A stretch of DNA of 64,000 bases from an uncultured delta proteobacterium (lineage in GTDB: Bacteria > Desulfobacterota > RBG-13-43-22), in contig CAVQFQ010000010.1 of the NCBI GenBank assembly GCA_963711835.1, positions 96,001 through 160,000 on the forward strand. Direction: 5' to 3'. Positions 32,494-42,047 of this stretch are shown in pieces. Within the stretch, counting starts at the first letter, position 1; the number at the start of each line of letters is the position of its first letter. The notes beneath the pieces were generated by a model. It was not told where the DNA came from, did no database searches, and saw only the letters and a program-made list of their open reading frames with translations. The translations under genes and the position numbers were made by a program.

Positions 32494-33957
32494 ATGGAAC
32501 AGAAAAAACGTTTTAAAACAATTTTTATCGCCCTGATCCTATTCGGGGCCATGCTGGGGGTAGGGCTTGGAGTAGCCGCTGCCGTCAGACATTCCGAGAC
32601 AGCGGGGTCGGCCGGCCCTGTCCTTTCCGAGGCCCCCATGGTCCCGGCAAACTTCAGTGAACTGGCGGAAAAGGTTCGCCCCGGGGTGGTCAATCTCCAG
32701 GTGGTCAAAAAAATAAGGAACGTCGGCTTGGGATTCCCCAATTTTCCCGGCCATCCCTTTGGGGACCGGAACCCCTTCGGTGATTTCTTCGGGCCTAATT
32801 CTCAGGGGAACCCGCCGGGGGGTTTTGAACAGCGGGGTGTAGGGTCCGGGTTTGTCATAAGCCGAGACGGGTATATCCTTACCAATAACCACGTGGTTGA
32901 AGAGGCCGACCAGATCAAAGTGAAGCTCAGCAATGGCCGAGAGTATAGCGGTAAGGTCGCCGGACGGGACCCCAAGACCGACCTGGCCCTCCTCAAGATT
33001 GAAGGGGCCTCAGATCTTCACCCCCTCAAGCTGGGTAATTCCGAGGAAATGAAGGTGGGCAGCTGGGTAGTGGCCGTCGGGAGTCCTTTCGGACTGGAAC
33101 AGACCGTTACGGCGGGCATTATCAGCGCCAAGGGAAGAATGATCGGCTCCGGGCCCTATGATAACTTTATTCAGACGGACGCTTCCATCAATCCCGGGAA
33201 CAGCGGTGGCCCCCTCATCAACATGAGGGGCGAAGTGGTCGGCATCAACACGGCCATTATGGCCGAAGGCCAGGGGATCGGTTTTGCCGTGCCGATTAAC
33301 ATGGCCAAAGAGATTTCCGCTCAGCTCCAGGACAAGGGCCATGTCACCCGAGGCTGGCTGGGCGTGAGCATCCAGGAGGTGACCCCGGAACTGGCCAAAT
33401 CGTTTGGTCTCAAGGAGAAAAAGGGGGCCCTGGTTGCCCAGGTGGTCTCGGGCAGCCCGGCGGAGAAGGCCGGGATCGAGCAGGGGGACGTCATCCTTGA
33501 ATTCGACGGCAAAGCGGTTTCGGACTCGAAAGACCTGCCCCGGATCGTGGCCTCGACCCCGGTGGGCAAAATGGTCACGGTGAAGCTGTCGCGGGAAGGA
33601 AAAGGCCTGGACCGGTCGTTGAAAGTGGGAGAAATGGACGAAAAGGTCGAAGGGGCTGAGGCCCCCTCTTCCCATAAATCCCTCGGTATTACGGTCCAGG
33701 ATCTCACGCCTGAAATTGCCCAGGGGTTGGGTTTAAAGAAAGCGACGGGTGTGGTGGTGACCCGGGTTGAACCCGGGAGCCCGGCCGCCGAGGCGGGCCT
33801 TCGGACAGGGGATGTCATTCGAGAGGTCAACCGGAAACCGGTCAAGAGGACGGATGATTTTGTACAGAAACTGGAGAAGGCCAGGGGGCAGGACACCGTC
33901 CTGCTTTTCATCCAGAGAGGAGAGAACCATCTGTTTGCCGCTGTAACCCTGAAGTAA
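32494..33957 (+). CDS. degP: DegP/DegQ (HtrA) serine endoprotease with two PDZ domains
   Basis: GSGF, TNNHV, DLAL, TDASINPGNSGG, two PDZ repeats. Confidence 0.93.
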   Translation: MEQKKRFKTIFIALILFGAMLGVGLGVAAAVRHSETAGSAGPVLSEAPMVPANFSELAEKVRPGVVNLQVVKKIRNVGLGFPNFPGHPFGDRNPFGDFFGPNSQGNPPGGFEQRGVGSGFVISRDGYILTNNHVVEEADQIKVKLSNGREYSGKVAGRDPKTDLALLKIEGASDLHPLKLGNSEEMKVGSWVVAVGSPFGLEQTVTAGIISAKGRMIGSGPYDNFIQTDASINPGNSGGPLINMRGEVVGINTAIMAEGQGIGFAVPINMAKEISAQLQDKGHVTRGWLGVSIQEVTPELAKSFGLKEKKGALVAQVVSGSPAEKAGIEQGDVILEFDGKAVSDSKDLPRIVASTPVGKMVTVKLSREGKGLDRSLKVGEMDEKVEGAEAPSSHKSLGITVQDLTPEIAQGLGLKKATGVVVTRVEPGSPAAEAGLRTGDVIREVNRKPVKRTDDFVQKLEKARGQDTVLLFIQRGENHLFAAVTLK

Positions 33958-33966
33958 ACGGAGGCG

Positions 33967-34016
33967 CACCCGATCGGGGAAGATGTAAAAACCTCCTCGA
34001 TCGGGTGGCCTTTCTT
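33967..34016 (+). terminator. putative intrinsic terminator after degP
   Basis: CACCCGATCG...CGATCGGGTG stem followed by T-rich tract. Confidence 0.6.
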
Positions 34017-34286
34017 ATTCCGTGGATGACCCGGAGAATTCAAGAGCGGAAAGGGCCAAAATCAGTATAAGGTCATAGAGTAAGGTCATTTTCGTCCGTG
34101 CTTTTCTTTGGAGTCCTGCCGCGAACCGTTTTCGTACCCGACCGGCCAGGTTAATACTGTGACTGAAAATCCTGAATGAGTCAATGGGGTTATTGCTGTA
34201 ATTCCGATGGAGGGATGCGGTATTTCCTGTGTTGTTTTTATCCTTGCCCCTGTTCCCCTGACTATTTATACTGGTGATGATGTTCT

Positions 34287-35291
34287 TTGCAGGTTCATCC
34301 TAATCCTTCTCAAACATTTCCTAATGGAGAAACACCCTTGAATGTGGCACCGGTTGATAGGCCCCTGTCAGCCCACTTCCAATTGAAACATTTTTTGGCC
34401 CTATCCCGAACTCCCCATGGATTGTTGGATATGGCTACCCCGGCTCTGGCGGCCCTTTTATGCTACGGCGCCTTCCCGCCGCTGCGGGTGATCCTCCTGG
34501 GTCTAATGACGGCCTTTGCCGGGTACACTGCCGTTTATGCCCTTAACGATTTGTTGGATTTTCGGGGAGACAAAGAAAAATTGGAGCAAGGCGGTTTTCG
34601 GAACACGGAGAATTACCTGGATGCCGTCCTGGTGCGCCACCCCATGGCTTACGGATTGCTGGGTTTCAAGGAAGCCCTGATCTGGGCCATCGCCTGGGCC
34701 TTGCTGGCGCTGATCGGTGCCACCCTGCTAAACCCGTGGTGTGCGGTTTTCTTCCTGAGCGGTTGCGCCCTGGAAACCGTCTATTGCCTTATGTGGAGGA
34801 CCAGTCACCTTCGGACGATGGTAAGCGGGGCTGTAAAGACAGCAGGGGGGATGGCCGCGGCCTTCGCCGTGGATCCCAGCCCTTCCCTTCCCTTTCTCCT
34901 GGTCCTTTTTTTGTGGCTTTTCTTCTGGGAGATCGGGGGGCAAAACATTCCTGCCGATTGGACCGATATTGAGGAAGACCGGATGCTGAAGGCCAAAACG
35001 ATCCCGATCCGATTTGGACCGGATTGGTCCACGGTGCTGATCCTGTCCTCCCTCATCCTGGCGGTCGTGCTCAACGGCACCCTTTTCGCTTTTTCCCAAT
35101 TGGGATCCAAAATCCCTCCTCTGACCGCCTCGCTGTTTGCGGGGCTCTACCTCCTGCTTACCCCCGCCTACCAGCTCTACCGGACCAGGGAAAAACTTCA
35201 GGCCTCCCTCCTTTTCAACCGGGCCAGCTACTATCCCCTCTCCTTGCTCGCGGTGGTCAGCCTCAACCTCATGCTCTTAGATCTCAAGTGA
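34287..35291 (+). CDS. UbiA-family prenyltransferase (start uncertain)
   Basis: YALNDLLD...D and DWTDIEED Asp-rich motifs, multiple TM helices. Confidence 0.85.
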   Translation: MQVHPNPSQTFPNGETPLNVAPVDRPLSAHFQLKHFLALSRTPHGLLDMATPALAALLCYGAFPPLRVILLGLMTAFAGYTAVYALNDLLDFRGDKEKLEQGGFRNTENYLDAVLVRHPMAYGLLGFKEALIWAIAWALLALIGATLLNPWCAVFFLSGCALETVYCLMWRTSHLRTMVSGAVKTAGGMAAAFAVDPSPSLPFLLVLFLWLFFWEIGGQNIPADWTDIEEDRMLKAKTIPIRFGPDWSTVLILSSLILAVVLNGTLFAFSQLGSKIPPLTASLFAGLYLLLTPAYQLYRTREKLQASLLFNRASYYPLSLLAVVSLNLMLLDLK

Positions 35292-35303
35292 AAAGACGGG
35301 TGA

Positions 35304-36017
35304 ATGAAAGAGATTGATTCCCGGGAATTGTCAGAAGGCAACGGGCAAGATGGAAAGCCGGTCTATATTGCCCACCAGGGCAAAGTATTCGACGTGAGCG
35401 AAAGTAAATTGTGGAAAAGCGGCCTGCACATGAAGCGCCACCGGGCCGGAAAGGATCTTTCCACCGAGCTTCAGGCGGCGCCCCATGGAACCGAGGTCCT
35501 GGAGCGATATCCTCAGGTGGCCGTCCTGAAAAAGGAGGTGTTTCCCAAAAGGGAAATACCAAAGGCCCTGTCCCGGCTCCTTCTGCGGGTGCCCATGCTC
35601 CGGCGGCATCCCCATCCCATGACCATTCACTTCCCCATCGTCTTTATGTTCGCGGTTCCCCTGTTCACTCTTTTTTATCTTTTTACCGGGAACCGGGCCT
35701 TTGAGCTGACCGCCTTTCATTGCCTGGGGGTCGGGATTTTCTTCACCCCGGTGGCCATTGGGACCGGTTACTATACCTGGTGGCTGAACTACCTGGCAAA
35801 ACCCATCCGTCCCGTATCGATTAAAAAGAAGGTCTCGGTAACCCTGCTGATGATAGAAATCGCCGCTTTTCTCTGGAGAATAAAGGTGCCGGGAGTCCTG
35901 GAGAGCGTCAGTCTTTCCAGCCTGATCTACCTGGTGCTCATTTTCTCCCTCTTTCCCCTGGTCACCGTCATCGGCTGGTTCGGCGCCCGGTTGACCTTTC
36001 CCATCGAAAGAGATTAA
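35304..36017 (+). CDS. cytochrome b5-like heme domain fused to DUF2231-like membrane domain
   Basis: GKVFDVS...WKSGLH...HRAGKDLS...APHG; HPMTIHFP and four TM segments. Confidence 0.8.
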   Translation: MKEIDSRELSEGNGQDGKPVYIAHQGKVFDVSESKLWKSGLHMKRHRAGKDLSTELQAAPHGTEVLERYPQVAVLKKEVFPKREIPKALSRLLLRVPMLRRHPHPMTIHFPIVFMFAVPLFTLFYLFTGNRAFELTAFHCLGVGIFFTPVAIGTGYYTWWLNYLAKPIRPVSIKKKVSVTLLMIEIAAFLWRIKVPGVLESVSLSSLIYLVLIFSLFPLVTVIGWFGARLTFPIERD

Positions 36018-36208
36018 CAGGCTGCTGAAAAACGCTCATCTTTCCCGCGCCTCGCGGGATTGTCCTCGTCCTTCGTCAGTCCGGCGTACTTCTATGGTCG
36101 CCTCCTTCCTCAGGATTTGTTCGCGTCAACGGCAACGCTCACACCCACCCCTTTGGGGCGGGACCCGGTTTCGGACGCCTTGAATTGTATCATTTTTGAG
36201 CAGCCTGT
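36017..36208. mobile_element. MITE-like element with 16-bp terminal inverted repeats
   Basis: ACAGGCTGCTGAAAAA ... TTTTTGAGCAGCCTGT flanking ~160 bp non-coding, hairpin-rich DNA. Confidence 0.75.
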
Positions 36209-36278
36209 GAAGATTTGGTTTATGACCCTTTGAATCCTGGATCATCGACAACCAATCTGGAAATGATCCAAGATTAGT

Positions 36279-36875
36279 TTATCCTTCCTTGACGGCGACA
36301 CCCAGCAGGGCGAAGCGCTTCAGTTCCAGGGCCTTTTTAAGGGGGAGACCGGCCTGCTTCAGCTCCTCTCGCAAGTCGTGGCTTAAAAAACGGTCTTTCG
36401 GAGGGTGGAAGAAGATCTTCCGGGCAATGAAATTCTGGTAAAGGGCCGGGTAGAGTTCCTCGATATAATAGGCACCGTCCGGCTTCAGGACCCGGGCGAT
36501 TTCCCCCAGAGCGGCGCGCCAATCCACTACGTGATGGAGGACGCCGAAACCGAAAACCGCATCCACGCTCCCCGGATCCAGGGGCAGGCAGGAGACATCC
36601 CCCACAAAAAGGCGGGCCTCTCTTTCTTTCCGAACGGCCGGACCCCGGTGGGCCATCCGGACCATCCGGATATCCAGGTCCATGGCATAAAGCCTCGAGA
36701 GCTGAAACTCTCTGACGAGTATGGCAGCTCCGGCGCCCCGGCCGCAGCCCACCTCAAGGGCGGTAGAACCCGGCTTGAGAGACATCATTGCCTTGAGCTT
36801 CCGGATCTCGATCCGTTGCTCCCAAACCCGGAAGGGATTATTCACCGCGCAGCGTTCAGCCCAGTTCAGTTTCAC
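36279..36875 (-). CDS. class I SAM-dependent methyltransferase
   Basis: LEVGCGRG, MDLD, GDV, VLHH, RVLKPDG. Confidence 0.88.
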   Translation of the reverse strand: MKLNWAERCAVNNPFRVWEQRIEIRKLKAMMSLKPGSTALEVGCGRGAGAAILVREFQLSRLYAMDLDIRMVRMAHRGPAVRKEREARLFVGDVSCLPLDPGSVDAVFGFGVLHHVVDWRAALGEIARVLKPDGAYYIEELYPALYQNFIARKIFFHPPKDRFLSHDLREELKQAGLPLKKALELKRFALLGVAVKEG

Positions 36876-36934
36876 CGTAACGGCCTCGCTTCAATCTCAC
36901 CCAAGACTTAACAAAATTGGTGCAGCCGGTCTTT

Positions 36935-37750
36935 TCAGGATTCATCTTTGAGGCCCAGATGGATGGCCGCAATACCGTTGGTCAGTTTCCGGTAGGTGAC
37001 TTGGGAGAAACCGATCTCCTCCAGAATGGTGCTCAGTTTCTGCGGAGAAGGAAACATCCTGATCGACTCGGGCAGATACGTATAGGCCTGCCGCGACCCC
37101 ACGAGGAGAAGCCCTAAAAAGGGCATAATGCGGAAGGAATAGAAATCGTAAAGCTGGCGAAAGAGAGGTGCGGTCGGTTTCGAGAACTCGAGACACATGA
37201 ACCTTCCCCCGGGTTTCAGGACGCGGTACATCTCTCTGAACCCTTCCTCCAGGTGCGTCAAGTTCCGGATCCCAAAACCCACCATGGCGCCGTCAAACTC
37301 CTGAGATCCAAAGGAGATTTTTTCGGCATCGCCCTGGACATAGAGGATTTTCTCCCGGGAAGCCCTGTTGCTGGACTTGCCTTTCCCGGTTTCCATCATC
37401 TTGCGGTTAATATCATATAAAACCACCTTTCCGGAAGGATGGACCTTTTTCACGGCCAGGATGGATAGATCGCCGGTTCCCCCGCAGACGTCGATAACCC
37501 GGTCACCCGGCCTCAAGCCCAAGAACCCGATGGCCTTTCTTTTCCAGAGGTAATGAATCCCGAAGCTCAAGACGGTGTTCATTACGTCGTACTTCCGGGC
37601 GACCGTATCAAAATGTTCTCGTACCCACTTGACCTTTTCCGGGGCCGGAATTTTTCGGAATCCGAAATGAGCCGTCTCCCCTTCCGTCTCAACCGGAGCG
37701 ACGGACTCCGGTTTGCCGGTTTCAGGGTTGGAAGGGGTAAAAAGGTTCAT
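36935..37750 (-). CDS. ubiE: UbiE/MenG quinone C-methyltransferase
   Basis: AHFGF, FDTVARKYDVMN..LSFGIH, DVCGGTGD, FGIRN, LEFS, AYTYLPESI. Confidence 0.92.
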   Translation of the reverse strand: MNLFTPSNPETGKPESVAPVETEGETAHFGFRKIPAPEKVKWVREHFDTVARKYDVMNTVLSFGIHYLWKRKAIGFLGLRPGDRVIDVCGGTGDLSILAVKKVHPSGKVVLYDINRKMMETGKGKSSNRASREKILYVQGDAEKISFGSQEFDGAMVGFGIRNLTHLEEGFREMYRVLKPGGRFMCLEFSKPTAPLFRQLYDFYSFRIMPFLGLLLVGSRQAYTYLPESIRMFPSPQKLSTILEEIGFSQVTYRKLTNGIAAIHLGLKDES

Positions 37751-37938
37751 CGTTTCGTTTAATTGGTTTTTTGCGGGGGTATCCAGACTGACCAAAAGAT
37801 AACGGGACGGCCGGAGACTGTCAAGAGGTTTTGCGGTCTAAGCCCGGCTTCTTGACTTTGCGGCAAGGAATCTTAATTTAAGATTAGTTTTTTTCTTAAC
37901 TTTTTTTTGAGGGAATGAAAATTCCCGGGAGGAGACCG

Positions 37939-38190
37939 ATGAAGAAAATAGCGATTTTGTTTCTGATAGGGGTCCTTTCGTTCGCTGCTTCCTGTGTGGC
38001 GGTACCCTATTATTATCCGGGTGAGTATTATTATCCTGCGCCATACCTCTGGTACTGGGACGGCTATGACCACTACCGGAATTCCCCTTATCCTTACGGC
38101 TATCGTTACCCGCAGCGGCCTTATTACCGGGACGGCCAGGAAAGGTACGAGCATGGTGGCCGGGATTATCGCGGCCGGGGCCGGGATTAA
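37939..38190 (+). CDS. small Tyr/Pro/Arg-rich putative lipoprotein
   Basis: GGAGGA RBS; MKK-hydrophobic-AASC lipobox-like signal followed by low-complexity Y/P/R/G tail. Confidence 0.65.
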   Translation: MKKIAILFLIGVLSFAASCVAVPYYYPGEYYYPAPYLWYWDGYDHYRNSPYPYGYRYPQRPYYRDGQERYEHGGRDYRGRGRD

Positions 38191-38312
38191 TCTCTCTTTT
38201 TCCCCTTGACCGTCCTGTGTGTGCTATCCTATATTGGGTTTGTTGGCCAGGAAGGATCGTGTCAATCCTCCCGTATGTTTGACCGGCTCCCCATCCCAAG
38301 GAGGTGACCAAG

Positions 38313-38552
38313 GTGAAAGACGGAAAGTGTCCCAAGTGCGGTTCGGAAAAGGTTTTTCACGGGGCGGAAATCCCCGCCAAATTCGGCCCCTTCGGAAGCA
38401 ACAGCATCCCCATTACCCTGCTTTCCATCGCCGCCCTCGACAATTATGTCTGCGCCGAATGCGGATATCTGGAGAGCTACATCGCTGAAGCAACAAAGCT
38501 GAAAGAGATCTCCAAAAAGTGGCCGAGGGTAAAGGAAGCGAAGGCCGCCTAA
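38313..38552 (+). CDS. small zinc-ribbon protein
   Basis: CPKCG ... YVCAECGYLESY; AGGAGG RBS. Confidence 0.75.
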   Translation: MKDGKCPKCGSEKVFHGAEIPAKFGPFGSNSIPITLLSIAALDNYVCAECGYLESYIAEATKLKEISKKWPRVKEAKAA

Positions 38553-38612
38553 GACAAGCCCGTTGCTCCTTTTTTTCCCAGAGCTGTACCATCCTCAGAG
38601 GAGGGAACGCGG

Positions 38613-40301
38613 TTGAAGGTTTTTAGGAGACTCACCGTCATCACGAGGGTGATGATCAAACACGGCCTGGGGGATGTGCTGGAACGTCTCATCGGCCGCC
38701 AAGGGAAGAAAGAAAAAGGGGGCAAGGATAAAGATCTCTTTTTTAGATCAGGATTTCCTTCGCCCAAACGCATCCGCCTGGCCCTGGAAGAATTGGGTCC
38801 CAGCTTCATCAAGCTGGGGCAGCTCATGAGCACCCGGGCGGATATGTTCCCGCCTGAATACATCGAGGAATTCATAAAACTTCAAGACCGTGTGCCCCCC
38901 GTTCCCTTCCCGGAGATCAAAAAGGTCATCGAGGACGAACTGAAAGGCCCCCTCGCGGGAATTTTTAAGGAATTCCATTCGGAACCGATCGCCGCAGCCT
39001 CGGTGGCCCAGGTCCACCTGGCTGAACTTCCGACCGGGGAGCGGGTGGCTGTCAAGGTGATCCGCCCGGGGATCGACAAGAAGATCCGCCAGGACATCCG
39101 TCTGATGGTTTACCTGGCCGAAAAGATCGAAAAAAATTTCGAGATGGGCCGGATCCTGGGGGTGACCAACCTGGTCCAGGAGTTTGAACGAATCATTTTT
39201 AGAGAACTCGACATGTTCATTGAAGCCGGGAGCATGGAGAAGTTTGCGCTGAACTTCAAGGAAGTCGAGGAAATCCATATCCCCAAGGTTTACTGGAACT
39301 TTACTACCCGGTCGGTCCTGGTTATGGAACACATCGACGGGTTCAAAATGGACCAGGTGGAGGCCATCAAGGCCCGGGGCATCGATCCCAAGGAAATCGC
39401 CAACATCGGCCTCCGTTCCTTTTCCCGGCAGTTGATGGAATTCGGCTTTTTCCATGCCGACCCGCATCCCGGCAATACCATCGTCATGCTTGACGGCCGG
39501 GTGGCCCTGGTGGATTTCGGTATCACCGGGTACCTGGACGAACAGATGATGCACCAGATCGCCAATATCTTCCTGGGCTATGCCGAACACGATTACGACC
39601 TGGTCCTGGAAGCCCTCCGGGAGGCCGGGATCATCGACGAACAGACCAGGGACCTTAAGAGTTTCCAGATCGATCTCAAGGACATCAGCGAGCCTTTTTA
39701 CGGCCGCTCCCTGCAGACCATTTCGGTCAGGGATGTCTATGATCAGGTGATGCACCTGGTCTTTAAATACCGCCTTCGGCTCCCCCGAAACCTTTTGCTT
39801 CTTTTGAAAACATTCATTCAAACCGAGGCCCTGGGAAAAATCCTGGGCAGTAACGCCAGCCTTCTCGAAGCCGTCCGACCGTACGCCCAGAAACTGGTTG
39901 AGCGCAGCACCGAAACCGGAGAACTGGTCGGGCGCCTGGTCAAGGATGTCCGCCGCCTGGGAGGCTACCTGGAAGCCATGCCCAAGTTTTTCCACGACAT
40001 CCTCAAACAGACCGCCGAGGGGAAACAGCGCTGGGAAATCCAGCACAGCGGCTTTAAAAACCTGGACGCCCAGTTTGCCAAGGGGGTAAACCGGCTGACC
40101 GTGGGATTGATTATTTCCGCCTCCATCATCGCCGCCGCCATGATCTTGAATTCCAGCCAGAAGGTTTTCGAGGTGACCTTTAACCTCTTTGGCTTGAAGA
40201 CCATTTCCGTTACCGCCCTTTTCGGCCTGGCCGGCTATATTATCGCCACTATCCTGGGCCTTTGGCTTATCTTCTCCATCCTGCGGTCCGGAAAACTCTG
40301 A
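38613..40301 (+). CDS. ubiB: UbiB/ABC1/AarF atypical kinase
   Basis: LGPSFIKLGQ, LQD, AAASVAQVH, VAVKV, FFHADPHPGN, DFG. Confidence 0.9.
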   Translation: MKVFRRLTVITRVMIKHGLGDVLERLIGRQGKKEKGGKDKDLFFRSGFPSPKRIRLALEELGPSFIKLGQLMSTRADMFPPEYIEEFIKLQDRVPPVPFPEIKKVIEDELKGPLAGIFKEFHSEPIAAASVAQVHLAELPTGERVAVKVIRPGIDKKIRQDIRLMVYLAEKIEKNFEMGRILGVTNLVQEFERIIFRELDMFIEAGSMEKFALNFKEVEEIHIPKVYWNFTTRSVLVMEHIDGFKMDQVEAIKARGIDPKEIANIGLRSFSRQLMEFGFFHADPHPGNTIVMLDGRVALVDFGITGYLDEQMMHQIANIFLGYAEHDYDLVLEALREAGIIDEQTRDLKSFQIDLKDISEPFYGRSLQTISVRDVYDQVMHLVFKYRLRLPRNLLLLLKTFIQTEALGKILGSNASLLEAVRPYAQKLVERSTETGELVGRLVKDVRRLGGYLEAMPKFFHDILKQTAEGKQRWEIQHSGFKNLDAQFAKGVNRLTVGLIISASIIAAAMILNSSQKVFEVTFNLFGLKTISVTALFGLAGYIIATILGLWLIFSILRSGKL

Positions 40302-40617
40302 CACCGGACTTACACTTTTTTCCCAAAACCAAATTCATCATCGGCCTCTATCTGCTGCAGTTTTTTATCGGCCTGAAGATCTTCCTTTGAAATGGTTTCT
40401 GCGACAGCAGATCTTGTCCCGCCGGACAGGCCCGTTGGAAAGAGAACGGAGCCGGTGGGACAAGAATTCCATAGGTTTTTATAGGATTCCTAAAAAATTA
40501 TTTTCTGGATTGTCCAGGATTTAGGATATAGTATTTAACTTGATCGGTTGAGAATAATCCCCACTAATAAGGATGGGTTAGAGCCACCCATTCCTTCGGT
40601 TTGACGAACGAGGCGCC

Positions 40618-42036
40618 ATGGACGAACAAAAATATGAGATCGGTCTTATCGGCCTGGGTGAGATGGGCCGTAATCTGGCCTTAAATATTGCCGACCATGG
40701 AATTCCCATTGCGGTTTATAACCGGACGGCTGAAAAGACCCGCCGATTCATGGAAGAAGAAGCCGCCGGACGAGTGATCGAAGCGGCTTACGGCCTGCCG
40801 GAATTCATCGGAAGGCTTCGCCAACCCCGGGCCGTTTTAATGCTGGTCTCCGCCGGCCAGGCTGTGGACGAGCTGATCCGGGAGCTTCTCCCCCTGTTGG
40901 AACCAAAAGATGTACTTATCGACGGCGGCAATTCCTTTTTTGAGGACACCGATCGCCGGCAGCGGGAATTGGCGGATAAGGGGATTCTTTATCTGGGACT
41001 AGGGATCTCCGGAGGCGGCTCAGGGGCCCGTTACGGCCCCAGTCTAATGCCCGGCGGCACCCTGGAGGCCTATGAGCGGGTACGTCCGGTCCTGGAGACC
41101 ATTGCCGCCAGGGTCAACGGCCTTCCCTGTGTGACCTACCTGGGAACGGGGTCAGCAGGCCACTATGTCAAGATGGTCCATAACGGGATTGAATACGGTC
41201 TGATGCAATTGATCGCTGAAGCCTATCACCTCCTCAAACAGGGACTGGGCCTGAATAACAACGATTTGCACCTGGTGTTTAATCGCTGGAATCAAACCGA
41301 ACTCAGAGGCTACCTGGTAGAAATTACAGGCCGGATCTTTCTCCAGGAGGAAGAAAGAAGTGAAGACCGGCTGATCGATCGGATCCTGGATCAAGCCGGA
41401 CAAAAAGGAACAGGCCTCTGGACTTCCAGAAACGCCCTGGAATTGCAGGTTCCGGTGCCGACCATCGATCTGGCGGTGATGATGCGGGACCTGTCCGCAT
41501 CGAAAGAGGAGCGCCGGGCCATCAATCGGGTTCATGGGAGTCTCGTTCTTCCTCTTGAGGGTGACCGGGAAGGTTGGATTGCCGATATCGGTCAGGCCCT
41601 TTTAGGCGGCCTGATTTTAACCTACGGCCAAGGCCTGTCCTTGCTCCGCAAGGCCTCCGGGGTGTATCATTACGGAATATCCCTGGGAGAGGTGGCCCGC
41701 ATCTGGCGCGGCGGCTGTATTATCCGGGCTGTCTTACTGGAAAAAATTTGGGCCGCCTACCGGGTGCAGCCGGACCTGGTTCATCTGCTACTGGATCCTG
41801 ACCTGGCTGAAGATATGAAGTCCTGCCAGGAGCCCCTGCGACGGATCAGCAAAACGGCTGTGGAGCTGGGCATCCCTGCCCCGGGACTGACAGCCTCCCT
41901 GGCTTATTACGACGGCTTACGGAGCCCTTGGCTGCCGGCCAATCTCATTTCCGCCCAACGCGATTATTTCGGCGCCCACAGGTATGAAAGGGTGGATAGT
42001 CCGGGTTTTTTCCACACGGATTGGAAAACGGATTGA
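40618..42036 (+). CDS. gnd: 6-phosphogluconate dehydrogenase, decarboxylating (NADP-type)
   Basis: [37 protein letters not shown]. Confidence 0.96.
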   Translation: MDEQKYEIGLIGLGEMGRNLALNIADHGIPIAVYNRTAEKTRRFMEEEAAGRVIEAAYGLPEFIGRLRQPRAVLMLVSAGQAVDELIRELLPLLEPKDVLIDGGNSFFEDTDRRQRELADKGILYLGLGISGGGSGARYGPSLMPGGTLEAYERVRPVLETIAARVNGLPCVTYLGTGSAGHYVKMVHNGIEYGLMQLIAEAYHLLKQGLGLNNNDLHLVFNRWNQTELRGYLVEITGRIFLQEEERSEDRLIDRILDQAGQKGTGLWTSRNALELQVPVPTIDLAVMMRDLSASKEERRAINRVHGSLVLPLEGDREGWIADIGQALLGGLILTYGQGLSLLRKASGVYHYGISLGEVARIWRGGCIIRAVLLEKIWAAYRVQPDLVHLLLDPDLAEDMKSCQEPLRRISKTAVELGIPAPGLTASLAYYDGLRSPWLPANLISAQRDYFGAHRYERVDSPGFFHTDWKTD

Positions 42037-42047
42037 GGAGAACAACT

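Noticed and set aside
38748-40304. 518-aa minus-strand ORF (also 10994-12136 and many shorter overlapping ORFs)
   Set aside because: Antisense shadows of well-supported genes caused by codon bias.
40471-40492. ATAGG direct repeats upstream of gnd as an operator
   Set aside because: Only two short units; could be a regulator site but cannot be supported from this sequence alone.
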